64,000 nucleotides of DNA from the sequence record MN159079.1; one strand, 5' to 3'. A program made the position numbers and the translations under genes. Of this stretch, positions 34,604 through 43,481 are shown one piece after another. Each line of letters begins with the position of its first letter. The stretch's first letter is position 1. The notes under the pieces were generated by a model, which saw nothing but the letters and a program-made list of their open reading frames with translations, did no database searches and was not told the DNA's origin.

Positions 34604-36067
34604 ATGCTGGGTGCATTGGATTTCCTGAAAAACTATTCTGCTGAATCTGACCTTCAGATTGGGCTGAACGTTTCTCCCATTTTCGACATGCTGACAACCA
34701 GCATGATCAAAGACTATCGTGGTGTCTGGGTACAGAACGGTGGCCTCATGCCTATCAACGCGCTGGCCGGTGGTAACAACACTCAGAAGACAGGCCGTAC
34801 CGTGAAAGATGCCGCGGCACTGCTCTACCGTTTCCAAACCGCCAAAGTGTTGTACGGTGACTCTGAATCCACTCTGGACATTTCCCGTCTGGCCGAAGAG
34901 GTTGACCGTCTGTTTGGTGAAGAGGGCTACTTCGAAGAGCACATCAATAACAAGCGCTTCTTCTACATGCCGTACTCTGCCGGGATCGATGGTACCGAAC
35001 TCCACCGTCGTGTCCAAGAGATCTTCACTCGTATCGATGCGCTGTCCAAGTCCAAGGACAAGGACGAACAGGCTGCTTACCAAGGAATGTTCATCGACAC
35101 TCCGTTCGTTTCTGCCAAGACCGGTAAACGGATTCGCGTCCAAGGTCCGATGTTGTTCATCATGGACTCCATCTCCGAAATTCTGTTCGACACGCTCATG
35201 TTCAAACAGTTCGATGACGGTGACATCGATGAAGGCGGCAAGAAGCGTACCCGTGACATGGAAATCGGTAACATGCGTCGTATCCTGATGACTGACGTCT
35301 GTATGCTCGGTCCGCGTGTCGGACTCCGGAGTTACTGGATCGCTCAGTCCGCTGACGTCATGAACATCGATGGTAAGCCCAAGGAAAAAGACTCCACCTT
35401 CCTGCGTCACAACAAGAAGATCGCTGCTCCGAAAGCGATTCTCAAACTTCCGCACATTGGTGTGGAGATCATCCGCGGTGCGGTATTGAAGCAGAACGAC
35501 CACTCTGTCACCTACCCCCGTGGTAAAGAGTCCCAGATCTGTGCCAACGCCAAGAGCAATCCGGAACTGGTGGAGTACAGCACCACTGTCTTCCGTAACA
35601 AGTCTGGTCAGTCTGGCGGTGACATCAAGTTCATCGGTTCCCAGGAAGAAGGTATCCTGGAAGCTCTGAGCATGTACAACTCTCTGAAGGACGAAGGGTA
35701 CTTTGGACTGAATGGTTCTGCCATTCGTCACAACTGTGCCTTTATCCCCGATGTGTCGCTCACTCGACCCACCGTCCGTGACCTCCTGGACGAGAACAAG
35801 AAGCTCCGCCGTGCTATCGAGATCGCGTGGCAACTCTGGCACATGCAGACCTTCTGGACCAACTTCCCGGCTGAATGGCGAATCGAGCCTGCCAAGCTCT
35901 ATGAAATGGGTAAAGAGAAGGGTCTGGATTGGGATGACGTCCTCGAGAACACTGTGTACTTCTGGCACGACAACCCCGAGCACATCAAAGAACACACCCT
36001 TACTGTTTACGAACTCCTCGAGATCGTAGTTAACGGTAAGAAGCCCTATTGGAAGGAAACTAAGTAA
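34604..36067 (+). CDS. uvsX: UvsX/RecA-like recombinase (phiKZ gp152-like)
   Basis: LNVSPIFDM...QNGGL...AGGNNTQKT (variant Walker A), YGDSESTL, Walker B FIMDSISE. Confidence 0.75.
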   Translation: MLGALDFLKNYSAESDLQIGLNVSPIFDMLTTSMIKDYRGVWVQNGGLMPINALAGGNNTQKTGRTVKDAAALLYRFQTAKVLYGDSESTLDISRLAEEVDRLFGEEGYFEEHINNKRFFYMPYSAGIDGTELHRRVQEIFTRIDALSKSKDKDEQAAYQGMFIDTPFVSAKTGKRIRVQGPMLFIMDSISEILFDTLMFKQFDDGDIDEGGKKRTRDMEIGNMRRILMTDVCMLGPRVGLRSYWIAQSADVMNIDGKPKEKDSTFLRHNKKIAAPKAILKLPHIGVEIIRGAVLKQNDHSVTYPRGKESQICANAKSNPELVEYSTTVFRNKSGQSGGDIKFIGSQEEGILEALSMYNSLKDEGYFGLNGSAIRHNCAFIPDVSLTRPTVRDLLDENKKLRRAIEIAWQLWHMQTFWTNFPAEWRIEPAKLYEMGKEKGLDWDDVLENTVYFWHDNPEHIKEHTLTVYELLEIVVNGKKPYWKETK

Positions 36068-36435
36068 TGACCGAACAAACCAACACCTCGATGTTTTACG
36101 ACTACTCTGTGCTGGTAGTGGTGGAACCTGAGTTCGAATCCAAGGTTAAGGATATCGAGGCGTATCGTAACAACCTGGTCAAGCATCTGACCAAACGAGC
36201 GGGAGGGACCCCGCTCCGTATTGTGACCCCGAAAGGTAAATTTGGGTTCGTGGGTTTCGAAGAGATGGAAAGCGATGATCGTAACAAAACTGCGTTCGTT
36301 CGTTCTGTTGAGGATTATTTGACCCAACTTAACGAGATCGTGGTTGTTGCCAACTATCAGCAACATCCCTTCTTTGACGCTCTGAGCAACAGCGCCACAG
36401 GAGCAAGCAAGACGGTCTCTTTCTACGGTTATTAA
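36067..36435 (+). CDS. Hypothetical protein
   Basis: TAATG coupling. Confidence 0.75.
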   Translation: MTEQTNTSMFYDYSVLVVVEPEFESKVKDIEAYRNNLVKHLTKRAGGTPLRIVTPKGKFGFVGFEEMESDDRNKTAFVRSVEDYLTQLNEIVVVANYQQHPFFDALSNSATGASKTVSFYGY

Positions 36436-36444
36436 GGAACCCTC

Positions 36445-37125
36445 ATGCTTAAAAACAGAAAAGAGATTCAGAATGACATCCTTTTCTTGGCAAAGCGTAT
36501 AACTCCCGGTGGTGGCAATCACCGGATTTATACCGCTCTGTTTGAAGAGATGTCCGATGATCAGTTCAAACTGTTCTGGAATGGTATCCATGATTCCGGT
36601 TTCATTCCTTTTATCGTTGACAACTACGATAACAAGGAAATGATCGATTATGACGGTATCGCCAAGCTCGCTAAGGAACTCAACATTCCATTGGAGCAGC
36701 GTATCATTATGACCGATCCCGATACCGGGCTGGAACACACCACTCCTGAAACCTATCTGGTTGGTATTGCCGAAACCCGTAAACAACGCCAACTCCAGGC
36801 TAAGAAGTTTGGTGCATCCAAACATGACCACGATATCGAAGACTTGACTGGTCAACCTACTGGTGACTCTAAAGCCGGTGGTATCTCTAACCCCGAAATT
36901 CAGGTTCTGCTTTCGCTTGGTCTGAAGACTATGGCTAAAGAACTCGCTGACGTTCGTGGTGGTGATATTGGGGCTTACCAAGCTTACAAGAACGACATCA
37001 TCTCTGGTGGTGAAACAACTGTTCAATCTACCCTGGAACGGGGAACTGGTGTTAAGTCCTTGAGGACAGCTCACTGGATGCTTCGTGGTCGACTGCTCGA
37101 TAACAACCTGCACCGGAGGGACTGA
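36445..37125 (+). CDS. Virion RNA polymerase beta subunit, C-terminal fragment (phiKZ gp149-like)
   Basis: DLTGQPTGDSKAGGISNPEIQVL parallels the RpoB QQPLGGK...GEMEVWAL region; KELADVRGGD parallels EMLTVKSDD. Confidence 0.8.
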   Translation: MLKNRKEIQNDILFLAKRITPGGGNHRIYTALFEEMSDDQFKLFWNGIHDSGFIPFIVDNYDNKEMIDYDGIAKLAKELNIPLEQRIIMTDPDTGLEHTTPETYLVGIAETRKQRQLQAKKFGASKHDHDIEDLTGQPTGDSKAGGISNPEIQVLLSLGLKTMAKELADVRGGDIGAYQAYKNDIISGGETTVQSTLERGTGVKSLRTAHWMLRGRLLDNNLHRRD

Positions 37126-37628
37126 TGTGGTTTGATGAAACCGGTAAACCGGTAATGGAAGATCAGGTAGCCATGCTTATCGATGCAATCGCACTCGAAA
37201 AGATGAATGAGCTCCAGGTCAATGGTGATGTGTCTAAATTCTGGACTGTCGTCTCTGACACGATTAACTCTTATCCGGTCGCTGCATTTATGCAGGCGTA
37301 CAAAGACTTCACCTTTTATCTCCTGAACGATCCTTCGATGTGTAAAGAGCTTTTCGACTATACAACTTGTCTGGTTGTTCAGCTCCGTACGAAGCCTTAC
37401 TACACGAAGGCGGTTGAAAGCAGTCTCTCTGTACTGACCCAGATCAAGAATCACGATGCGTTTGCTGACGTGCTCGATGAAAACGTCCAGGGTCTGGATG
37501 TGATCGCAGAGTTGTTGATGTTCATCCGACTCAACCATCGTGTGATCGAACGTCGCCTCATCGAGATGGCGGGTGGCCAGGTGAAACTCCCTCGACCTTC
37601 ATCGAAACAGGATGGAGGTGAAAGATGA
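37125..37628 (+). CDS. Hypothetical protein
   Basis: GGAGG RBS, TGATG coupling. Confidence 0.8.
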   Translation: MWFDETGKPVMEDQVAMLIDAIALEKMNELQVNGDVSKFWTVVSDTINSYPVAAFMQAYKDFTFYLLNDPSMCKELFDYTTCLVVQLRTKPYYTKAVESSLSVLTQIKNHDAFADVLDENVQGLDVIAELLMFIRLNHRVIERRLIEMAGGQVKLPRPSSKQDGGER

Positions 37629-38353
37629 TCTCCATCTACACCGAGTTAGGGTCGTTGTTCGATGAACGAAGAATGATCCTATGTAAACTTGCTCGTGAAA
37701 CTGTCGGATTTAAATTCGACTGGGTTCGTAATTTTCAGCAAGTGTATCAAGAACGTCTCTACGATGTTTTTGAGTATCCCGAATTCGGGATTACCGATGA
37801 ACGTTATAAAGAACGGTTTGAGCGTAGAAGTAAGGAAGATTTCGCGGATCGCCTCGAGAACTTCCTTTACCCGTCGAAGGTATGTCGGGATATGTTCAAT
37901 ATCGTCCGAGAGTATGAATTCGGTGTGGGTAAACTCCTCTCTGTTTCCAAGTTCACTGTGACTGTCAACACATGGCCATATGAACTGAACGACGAGGAGC
38001 AAGCAGAATTGATTGGTGCGATCAAGGGAACTGTTAGTTGGAGTTTCGACGTCAACTTGGTTCACCTTCCTCCCCAACAACTCATCCCGCACTTCCTTCA
38101 TGGTTTCGATTACGTGTTCAAATACGACTACATGCTTTCACCCCACATGGGTAAGTATTGGGAGTTGTACGAGACCTCACTTCCTAGCAGAACCAAAATC
38201 GTGGTTCCTGGAGTGTTCAAAGGTAAAGTGACTCTTACAGATGGAATGGAAGCGGATTCGCCGAAAGACCTCATCTTTAAGTTAAGTGCATACCAGGGCG
38301 GTAAGGTTACCTGGATACCGTGCGATAAAAGCATTTATGACTCATACTCATAA
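37625..38353 (+). CDS. phiKZ-family conserved hypothetical protein
   Basis: GGAGGT RBS; IYTELGSLFDER N-terminus. Confidence 0.7.
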   Translation: MISIYTELGSLFDERRMILCKLARETVGFKFDWVRNFQQVYQERLYDVFEYPEFGITDERYKERFERRSKEDFADRLENFLYPSKVCRDMFNIVREYEFGVGKLLSVSKFTVTVNTWPYELNDEEQAELIGAIKGTVSWSFDVNLVHLPPQQLIPHFLHGFDYVFKYDYMLSPHMGKYWELYETSLPSRTKIVVPGVFKGKVTLTDGMEADSPKDLIFKLSAYQGGKVTWIPCDKSIYDSYS

Positions 38354-38356
38354 ATC

Positions 38357-38386
38357 ACCTCCTAGGACCTACGGGTCCTAGGAGGT
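38357..38386. terminator. Bidirectional terminator
   Basis: ACCTCCTAGGACC-TACG-GGTCCTAGGAGGT. Confidence 0.85.
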
Positions 38387-38407
38387 TTACTTTATGTTTG
38401 TTCTGTA

Positions 38408-38938
38408 TTAGAAAGTGGCTTCGATTTCAGAGATGTCTATTTCTTGGACACCTTGGTCGATTTCTCCTTCTTTGATGCGTTCATCGAAAGAGAGTTCCTT
38501 GATAGGTTTCAAGGGATCGAGAATCATTGCCCGGTCACCATAGTTCGGAAGCACCAGTTTACCAGCAGCGACTTCGTTGAGCGCGTTAACGAAAGTTGCA
38601 AAGTTGGCACGGTTGTCCTCGGCTTCTTTCTCTTTGGCTCGTTCTTTCCGCTCATCCCGGATAGTCTTCTCCAAGAGACCGGTCAGAGTGTTGATAGAGT
38701 CAAGCAGCTTACAGTTGCTCGGCTTACTGATGTAGGTTTCCATTGCCACGTCGAGAAGCAATGCACGTTGCTTGGTGAGCATACTGACAAGCTCTGATTC
38801 GGCTTGACGCTTATCATCGGTCTTATTCAATATGCGGTTGATCTCAGCGATAAATTCATCTTTCTTCTTAATGGACTTATCAGCTTTGGTACCCTCTACT
38901 GGCTGAGGGAGAATTCCTGAATCTTCTTCGTCGTACAT
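38408..38938 (-). CDS. Hypothetical helical protein
   Basis: GGAG RBS before ATG 38938 (track start 39013 overlaps the promoter region). Confidence 0.75.
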   Translation of the reverse strand: MYDEEDSGILPQPVEGTKADKSIKKKDEFIAEINRILNKTDDKRQAESELVSMLTKQRALLLDVAMETYISKPSNCKLLDSINTLTGLLEKTIRDERKERAKEKEAEDNRANFATFVNALNEVAAGKLVLPNYGDRAMILDPLKPIKELSFDERIKEGEIDQGVQEIDISEIEATF

Positions 38939-38988
38939 TGTATGCTCCAGAATGTCTAAAGTTTTAACTGTTCTAAACTTTTTCAAGC

Positions 38989-39004
38989 AGATATTATCAT
39001 GTTG
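38989..39004 (+). promoter_or_regulatory. Putative phage early promoter, copy 8
   Basis: TTTTTCAAGC-AGATATTATCATGTTG. Confidence 0.6.
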
Positions 39005-39042
39005 TAAGTGCATGAAGATATCTAAAATTAGATGAGGTAACC

Positions 39043-39591
39043 ATGTTTGAAAAGCTACTTATGCGGTTCTCTTTCTTCAGAAGGAGGGCTAAAAGAAAGT
39101 TAAGGACTACGTTAGCAGTCCTCACTGAAAAGATAAACCAACAAGGTGCTTTCAACGATGATGACATAGTCACTATACACAACATCGTAAAAAGCCCTCT
39201 AATCTCGTATGACGAGAGTTTGGTGTTGGGTGCTGATGAGACTATACGTTTCTATTCGGTGACCTCTAACAAGGCTCTCGTTGCTCTTGAAAAGAGACCG
39301 GATGTACTGTCCCCCGCCAACCTTAATTACGATATCACGGCCAATCCAAAAGAGCGGCCTTTCTACACTTGGTATTCAAACCAAGATAGTGTTCGACACT
39401 ACGTGGATACTGTATCTGAGATGCTGGATGCCCACGTCGACACCATCGTTACCGAGATTGATATCAAAGGCACCTGGCGACCCACATTAACAGAAGAGGA
39501 CCAAGAGTTCCACGATGGGTTACTTTATCGATTGTTCCTGTTAGACCTGTTGAACATCATCAACTTCTATATGGAACGGCAATCCGACTAA
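39043..39591 (+). CDS. Hypothetical protein
   Basis: GAGGT RBS, basic N-terminus. Confidence 0.75.
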   Translation: MFEKLLMRFSFFRRRAKRKLRTTLAVLTEKINQQGAFNDDDIVTIHNIVKSPLISYDESLVLGADETIRFYSVTSNKALVALEKRPDVLSPANLNYDITANPKERPFYTWYSNQDSVRHYVDTVSEMLDAHVDTIVTEIDIKGTWRPTLTEEDQEFHDGLLYRLFLLDLLNIINFYMERQSD

Positions 39592-39603
39592 AGGTATAAA
39601 ACA

Positions 39604-40026
39604 ATGGCAAAGAAACCAACCAATAAGACAGGCTTTGAGCGTAATAAGAATTTTGTGCCGGATGAACAACTGACCGATACCCCGGCTCGGTTATTCAGGA
39701 AGATCTCCAACGCCATGGGAATGAACCTCAGCAAGTGGACATCCTACATGGGTGAATACTTGCGTTGGCTACACCCGGAAGACTCTGGAACACCACTGGA
39801 AGTCAAGAAGGCAAGATCGACCACTCTGGGTAACGCGCAAAGTGCTTACTACTACAGCAAGTCTCTCAGCTTTAATAAGCTGATTGCAGGAATGAAAATT
39901 CTTAAATTCAAGAAGGTCACTTTCACCATTACCGGTGAAACTGCAACCGGTGAAGTTATCACCGTGAGCGAGACTACGTTCCTTAATCGCGATACACCAA
40001 CACCTGAAGACCCGTCCGAAGAGTAA
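39604..40026 (+). CDS. phiKZ-family conserved small basic protein
   Basis: ARLFRKI...W..YM..YL and MKILKFKKVTFTI pattern. Confidence 0.65.
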   Translation: MAKKPTNKTGFERNKNFVPDEQLTDTPARLFRKISNAMGMNLSKWTSYMGEYLRWLHPEDSGTPLEVKKARSTTLGNAQSAYYYSKSLSFNKLIAGMKILKFKKVTFTITGETATGEVITVSETTFLNRDTPTPEDPSEE

Positions 40027-40035
40027 CGCGGTCAT

Positions 40036-40067
40036 CTGTTACCCCTACCATGTGGTAGGGGTAACAG
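40036..40067 (+). terminator. Hairpin, probable terminator
   Basis: CTGTTACCCCTACC-ATGT-GGTAGGGGTAACAG. Confidence 0.75.
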
Positions 40068-40108
40068 TCAACTTATCCAATTTCTTTTTTGTCTAAATAG
40101 AGGTCGTA

Positions 40109-42304
40109 ATGGCTAATAAAGTTAGCACGCAAGACAAGAACCTTGTGACGAGGTCCTTTCGTCTTTTGAGTGACGGCGTTGCAAACCCGACCGATGAGTA
40201 TATAAACACAGACTACGATCTGTACACCAGTTTCTTCTCAACGGCGATCGGGGATAACAAGTACATCAACCCGCTACCAGGATATGGATTCAACACGGAT
40301 CCCTATCCAGAACCCATCATGGAAAACCGATACGGTAACATGGGTCGTTTCTACAAACGTATCCATCACGACAATGCAGAAATGGTAACACTCACTGCTT
40401 GTGTCCCTGAGTTTACCGGCATCCTTCCATTCCTTATGAATATGTTTGACTATAGCGCCGCCGTTATGGTTAACAAAGGTCGTGCTCCTGGTTGGGCGTT
40501 CTATATAGGCCAAGCCGCCGGCGCTATTGCGTTCTTCCCTGCACAGATCGTAGCCGCCAGTTGGAACTTCTTCGAGTACCTCACTCAACAACCGAAGAAC
40601 CAATGGTACTACGGCAAAGCTGCGATGGGTCAGTACTTGACAGCAGCTCAAGGTATGTTCAACGACCTGATGGTTGCTGCTGGATATACATTGACTGTTC
40701 TTCCCCAAGGTTCCCAGGTAATGGATACCAAGTTGGGTGATCGACAATCAAACGGCCTCAAAGGTTATCGGACGCACAGCGACCAAGCAAAGAGTAACTA
40801 CAGTTACCTGAACTCCATGTTCCCTGATGCGATTAACCAAGATGGAACCGTGGACATCACAAGGGTCGCGTTACGTGGTGTGAGGAAATATCGCTATTTC
40901 CTTAATAAGGTTAAGTCGTTGGACGAAGGCTCTCGTTTCCGTAGTGTCGGGGAGAAAGACCTCGCTATTGAACGTATTCTGAATGGTCTTATTAAAGACG
41001 GTAACTTCATGAATGGTTCTGTTGGTCCGGCAGGGAAAATAGGGACTTACGAGATACTCACCAAGGAGCTCGGGTCCGTAGGTGCGTCACGGGGTTCTGA
41101 TGAGATATCCTACCCTGAAGTTGCATCGGCCTATACCAACCCCAGTGCTTATGCCGAGATTCTTCCTGCCGACATGGACACAGGTCAAGCAAGTGGTTTT
41201 GATAGTGTCCGTGCCAAAGTGGAAGGTCAAGTGTCTGCCGAACGCGAAGAACGTTTCGGAATCAATCAAGGTAACTCCGGTGCGGCTGATGGTGCCACGT
41301 CACCACAACTGCAAGGAACAGAGGCGTTCTTTAATGACACCAATAATCTTTCTGAAGATTCGTGGTTGACACAAGTAGGTTCCTTGTTAATGGATCACCT
41401 TTACGGTGGTACTGACGGGATCACGTTTAGGACAGAAGGGACAGGGGCTGTTAGTGATTCATTCTCTAACGCTTCCCAACAATCTGCTATTGCTAGCAGC
41501 TTCAACAACACAGTACAAGCTGTCCAAGACTTCAAGTTCAACATGGGTGGTGGTGTTACTGGTATCGAGTTCATTGACAAGGCGATGGAAATCGTCAAAG
41601 ACTCTGTAACTGGTCTGATGGCTGGTAGTGTGGTTGGTAACCTCCCGTTGGCGTTGCTGGGTAACTCCAGGGTTATCATTCCAGAACACTGGCAGGATTC
41701 AACCACCAGTCTTCACAGTGAAACGATTAACCTGTATTTCCAGGCTCCTTACGCGCATCCTTATTCGATCGCCACAAACGTATTCCTTCCAGTAGCGTTG
41801 ATCATGCCGTTCTTTGTTCCATTCAGTACAGGTGGTGCGATGTATGGTTCTCCGTTCATGGTTAAGAGCTTTGCTCGTGGGAAAGGAATTATTCGTTCTG
41901 GTATGGTTCGTAACGCATCAATGACTTGGGGTGAAGGTCCGCTGGGTTGGACTACTGATAAGAAACCGTTGAACTGCCGTATCACTCTGGATTTGGTTGA
42001 CTTCGATCCGATTCTTTCCGTTCCGGTTACTCGCGTCACTAACCCACTTGACTTGGTTAACATCGCTAAGCAATCTTCCCGTTATCTTGGTGACATCGGT
42101 AAGTACAACGACTGGGTGAACCGGGTTGCTGGCCTGGACTATATCGATACTGTTCTTCGTTATAACGACATGAACCGTCGACTCACTCGTTTCACCAATG
42201 ACGTTGAAACCATGTTCTCCCCTGCCAACGTAGCAAACATTGTCAACGACTCCATTATCGGTGACGTTTCCCGTTTGTTTGTTGGTCGTCCTATGAACCG
42301 TTAA
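40109..42304 (+). CDS. Putative virion structural protein (baseplate/tail-tip region)
   Basis: 731 aa; GAGG RBS; adjacent to the tape-measure locus; beta-rich C-terminus (TWGEGPLGWT...CRITLDLVD). Confidence 0.6.
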   Translation: MANKVSTQDKNLVTRSFRLLSDGVANPTDEYINTDYDLYTSFFSTAIGDNKYINPLPGYGFNTDPYPEPIMENRYGNMGRFYKRIHHDNAEMVTLTACVPEFTGILPFLMNMFDYSAAVMVNKGRAPGWAFYIGQAAGAIAFFPAQIVAASWNFFEYLTQQPKNQWYYGKAAMGQYLTAAQGMFNDLMVAAGYTLTVLPQGSQVMDTKLGDRQSNGLKGYRTHSDQAKSNYSYLNSMFPDAINQDGTVDITRVALRGVRKYRYFLNKVKSLDEGSRFRSVGEKDLAIERILNGLIKDGNFMNGSVGPAGKIGTYEILTKELGSVGASRGSDEISYPEVASAYTNPSAYAEILPADMDTGQASGFDSVRAKVEGQVSAEREERFGINQGNSGAADGATSPQLQGTEAFFNDTNNLSEDSWLTQVGSLLMDHLYGGTDGITFRTEGTGAVSDSFSNASQQSAIASSFNNTVQAVQDFKFNMGGGVTGIEFIDKAMEIVKDSVTGLMAGSVVGNLPLALLGNSRVIIPEHWQDSTTSLHSETINLYFQAPYAHPYSIATNVFLPVALIMPFFVPFSTGGAMYGSPFMVKSFARGKGIIRSGMVRNASMTWGEGPLGWTTDKKPLNCRITLDLVDFDPILSVPVTRVTNPLDLVNIAKQSSRYLGDIGKYNDWVNRVAGLDYIDTVLRYNDMNRRLTRFTNDVETMFSPANVANIVNDSIIGDVSRLFVGRPMNR

Positions 42305-42314
42305 GGAGTAAGAA

Positions 42315-43433
42315 ATGGGATTATTAGGTCGCAGCTCTACCTTTAACGGGGTGGATGTAGACAACCCTATCAAGAAGGCGTCTCAATCGATCGCTGACGC
42401 AATCTCTGGCTTTGGTGATCAACTTGTCAACCCCATGACTAACGTCTCTCAGGCAGAGACTGGTGTCGCTCTGGTTGATGAGAATAGCAGTTCCGTTAAC
42501 GCATCGCTGACCAACTATAAATCCTTCACACTAGAAGGGATTATGGCCCGGTCACGTGATCTCGTTGGTGGGATACTGAACAACCCTGACTTGGGTCGGG
42601 TGTTGACCTGGGAAGATGGGTTCAATGTCGACACTGACGAGCTGTTCCGTATCGCCGCTCAGGGTCTTGGTTTCTCACTCAATGGCATGGGTGATATCAA
42701 ACGCAGTATTGGTGATAGCTTCCTCGAAAGCTTGAACGATATGACTGGCGGTTTGAGTAGCGGTCTCTATTTTGATGACCAAATGAAACTCAAGATCGGT
42801 GACGGTTGGCAGATGGATGTTGCTGATGAGTTCCTGGGTTTCGTCAGCAAAATGGATAGTGACTTCGGAAAGGTCCTGAACCTTGCTGGTGTTAACGCGG
42901 TACTGAACACAATGGTGAATCAGGCCGCTATGAACAGCATGTATCAGACCTACGATTCATTCGCTGATCAATACCTGTTCTACAGTGACTATGTTGATGC
43001 ACTGATCAACTCCCTGGAGTTCATTCTTGGTCGTGGCGACCTCGAGTCCATGAACAAGATCTTCGAGATCATAGAGGAAGAAGGAATCCAGAAGGTAAGG
43101 GCACAATACCCTGACTTTATCGAACGTGCACTTGCCAACTTCTACTTCACCAGTGATGTTTATCCTGAGGACTATGAAGAAATGGCAATCATGCTGGATA
43201 AAGTCCTTGTCCTGTATGGCGGAGAAGATTGGTTCTACTCTCATACCGAGTTTGGTAAATTGGTTAACCTTGCCGTTGTTTCTAACATCAGTGAAGACGC
43301 CAAATTACTTCTTGGTGATTTTGAGAAATACCATGTGCTGTTACTCGGCGCAGGGATTTACCAAGATGAAAGTGCGTACGACGTATTCCTTCGTCAGATT
43401 CCCAACGCTATCGACTTCCAAATGAGGACATAA
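42315..43433 (+). CDS. Putative virion structural protein
   Basis: AAGGAG RBS; 372 aa; convergent with the tape-measure gene. Confidence 0.55.
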   Translation: MGLLGRSSTFNGVDVDNPIKKASQSIADAISGFGDQLVNPMTNVSQAETGVALVDENSSSVNASLTNYKSFTLEGIMARSRDLVGGILNNPDLGRVLTWEDGFNVDTDELFRIAAQGLGFSLNGMGDIKRSIGDSFLESLNDMTGGLSSGLYFDDQMKLKIGDGWQMDVADEFLGFVSKMDSDFGKVLNLAGVNAVLNTMVNQAAMNSMYQTYDSFADQYLFYSDYVDALINSLEFILGRGDLESMNKIFEIIEEEGIQKVRAQYPDFIERALANFYFTSDVYPEDYEEMAIMLDKVLVLYGGEDWFYSHTEFGKLVNLAVVSNISEDAKLLLGDFEKYHVLLLGAGIYQDESAYDVFLRQIPNAIDFQMRT

Positions 43434-43437
43434 ACAT

Positions 43438-43475
43438 AAGACCCCTACCCCTCCGAAAGGATGGGGTAGGGGCTT
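43438..43475. terminator. Bidirectional terminator
   Basis: AAGACCCCTACCCC-TCCGAAAGGAT-GGGGTAGGGGCTT. Confidence 0.8.
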
Positions 43476-43481
43476 ATTATC

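Noticed and set aside
34770-34800. Non-canonical Walker A (GGNNTQKT) suggesting an inactive recombinase
   Set aside because: As I recall, phiKZ-family UvsX proteins normally have a GxxNxxKS/T variant, so this is not specific to this genome.
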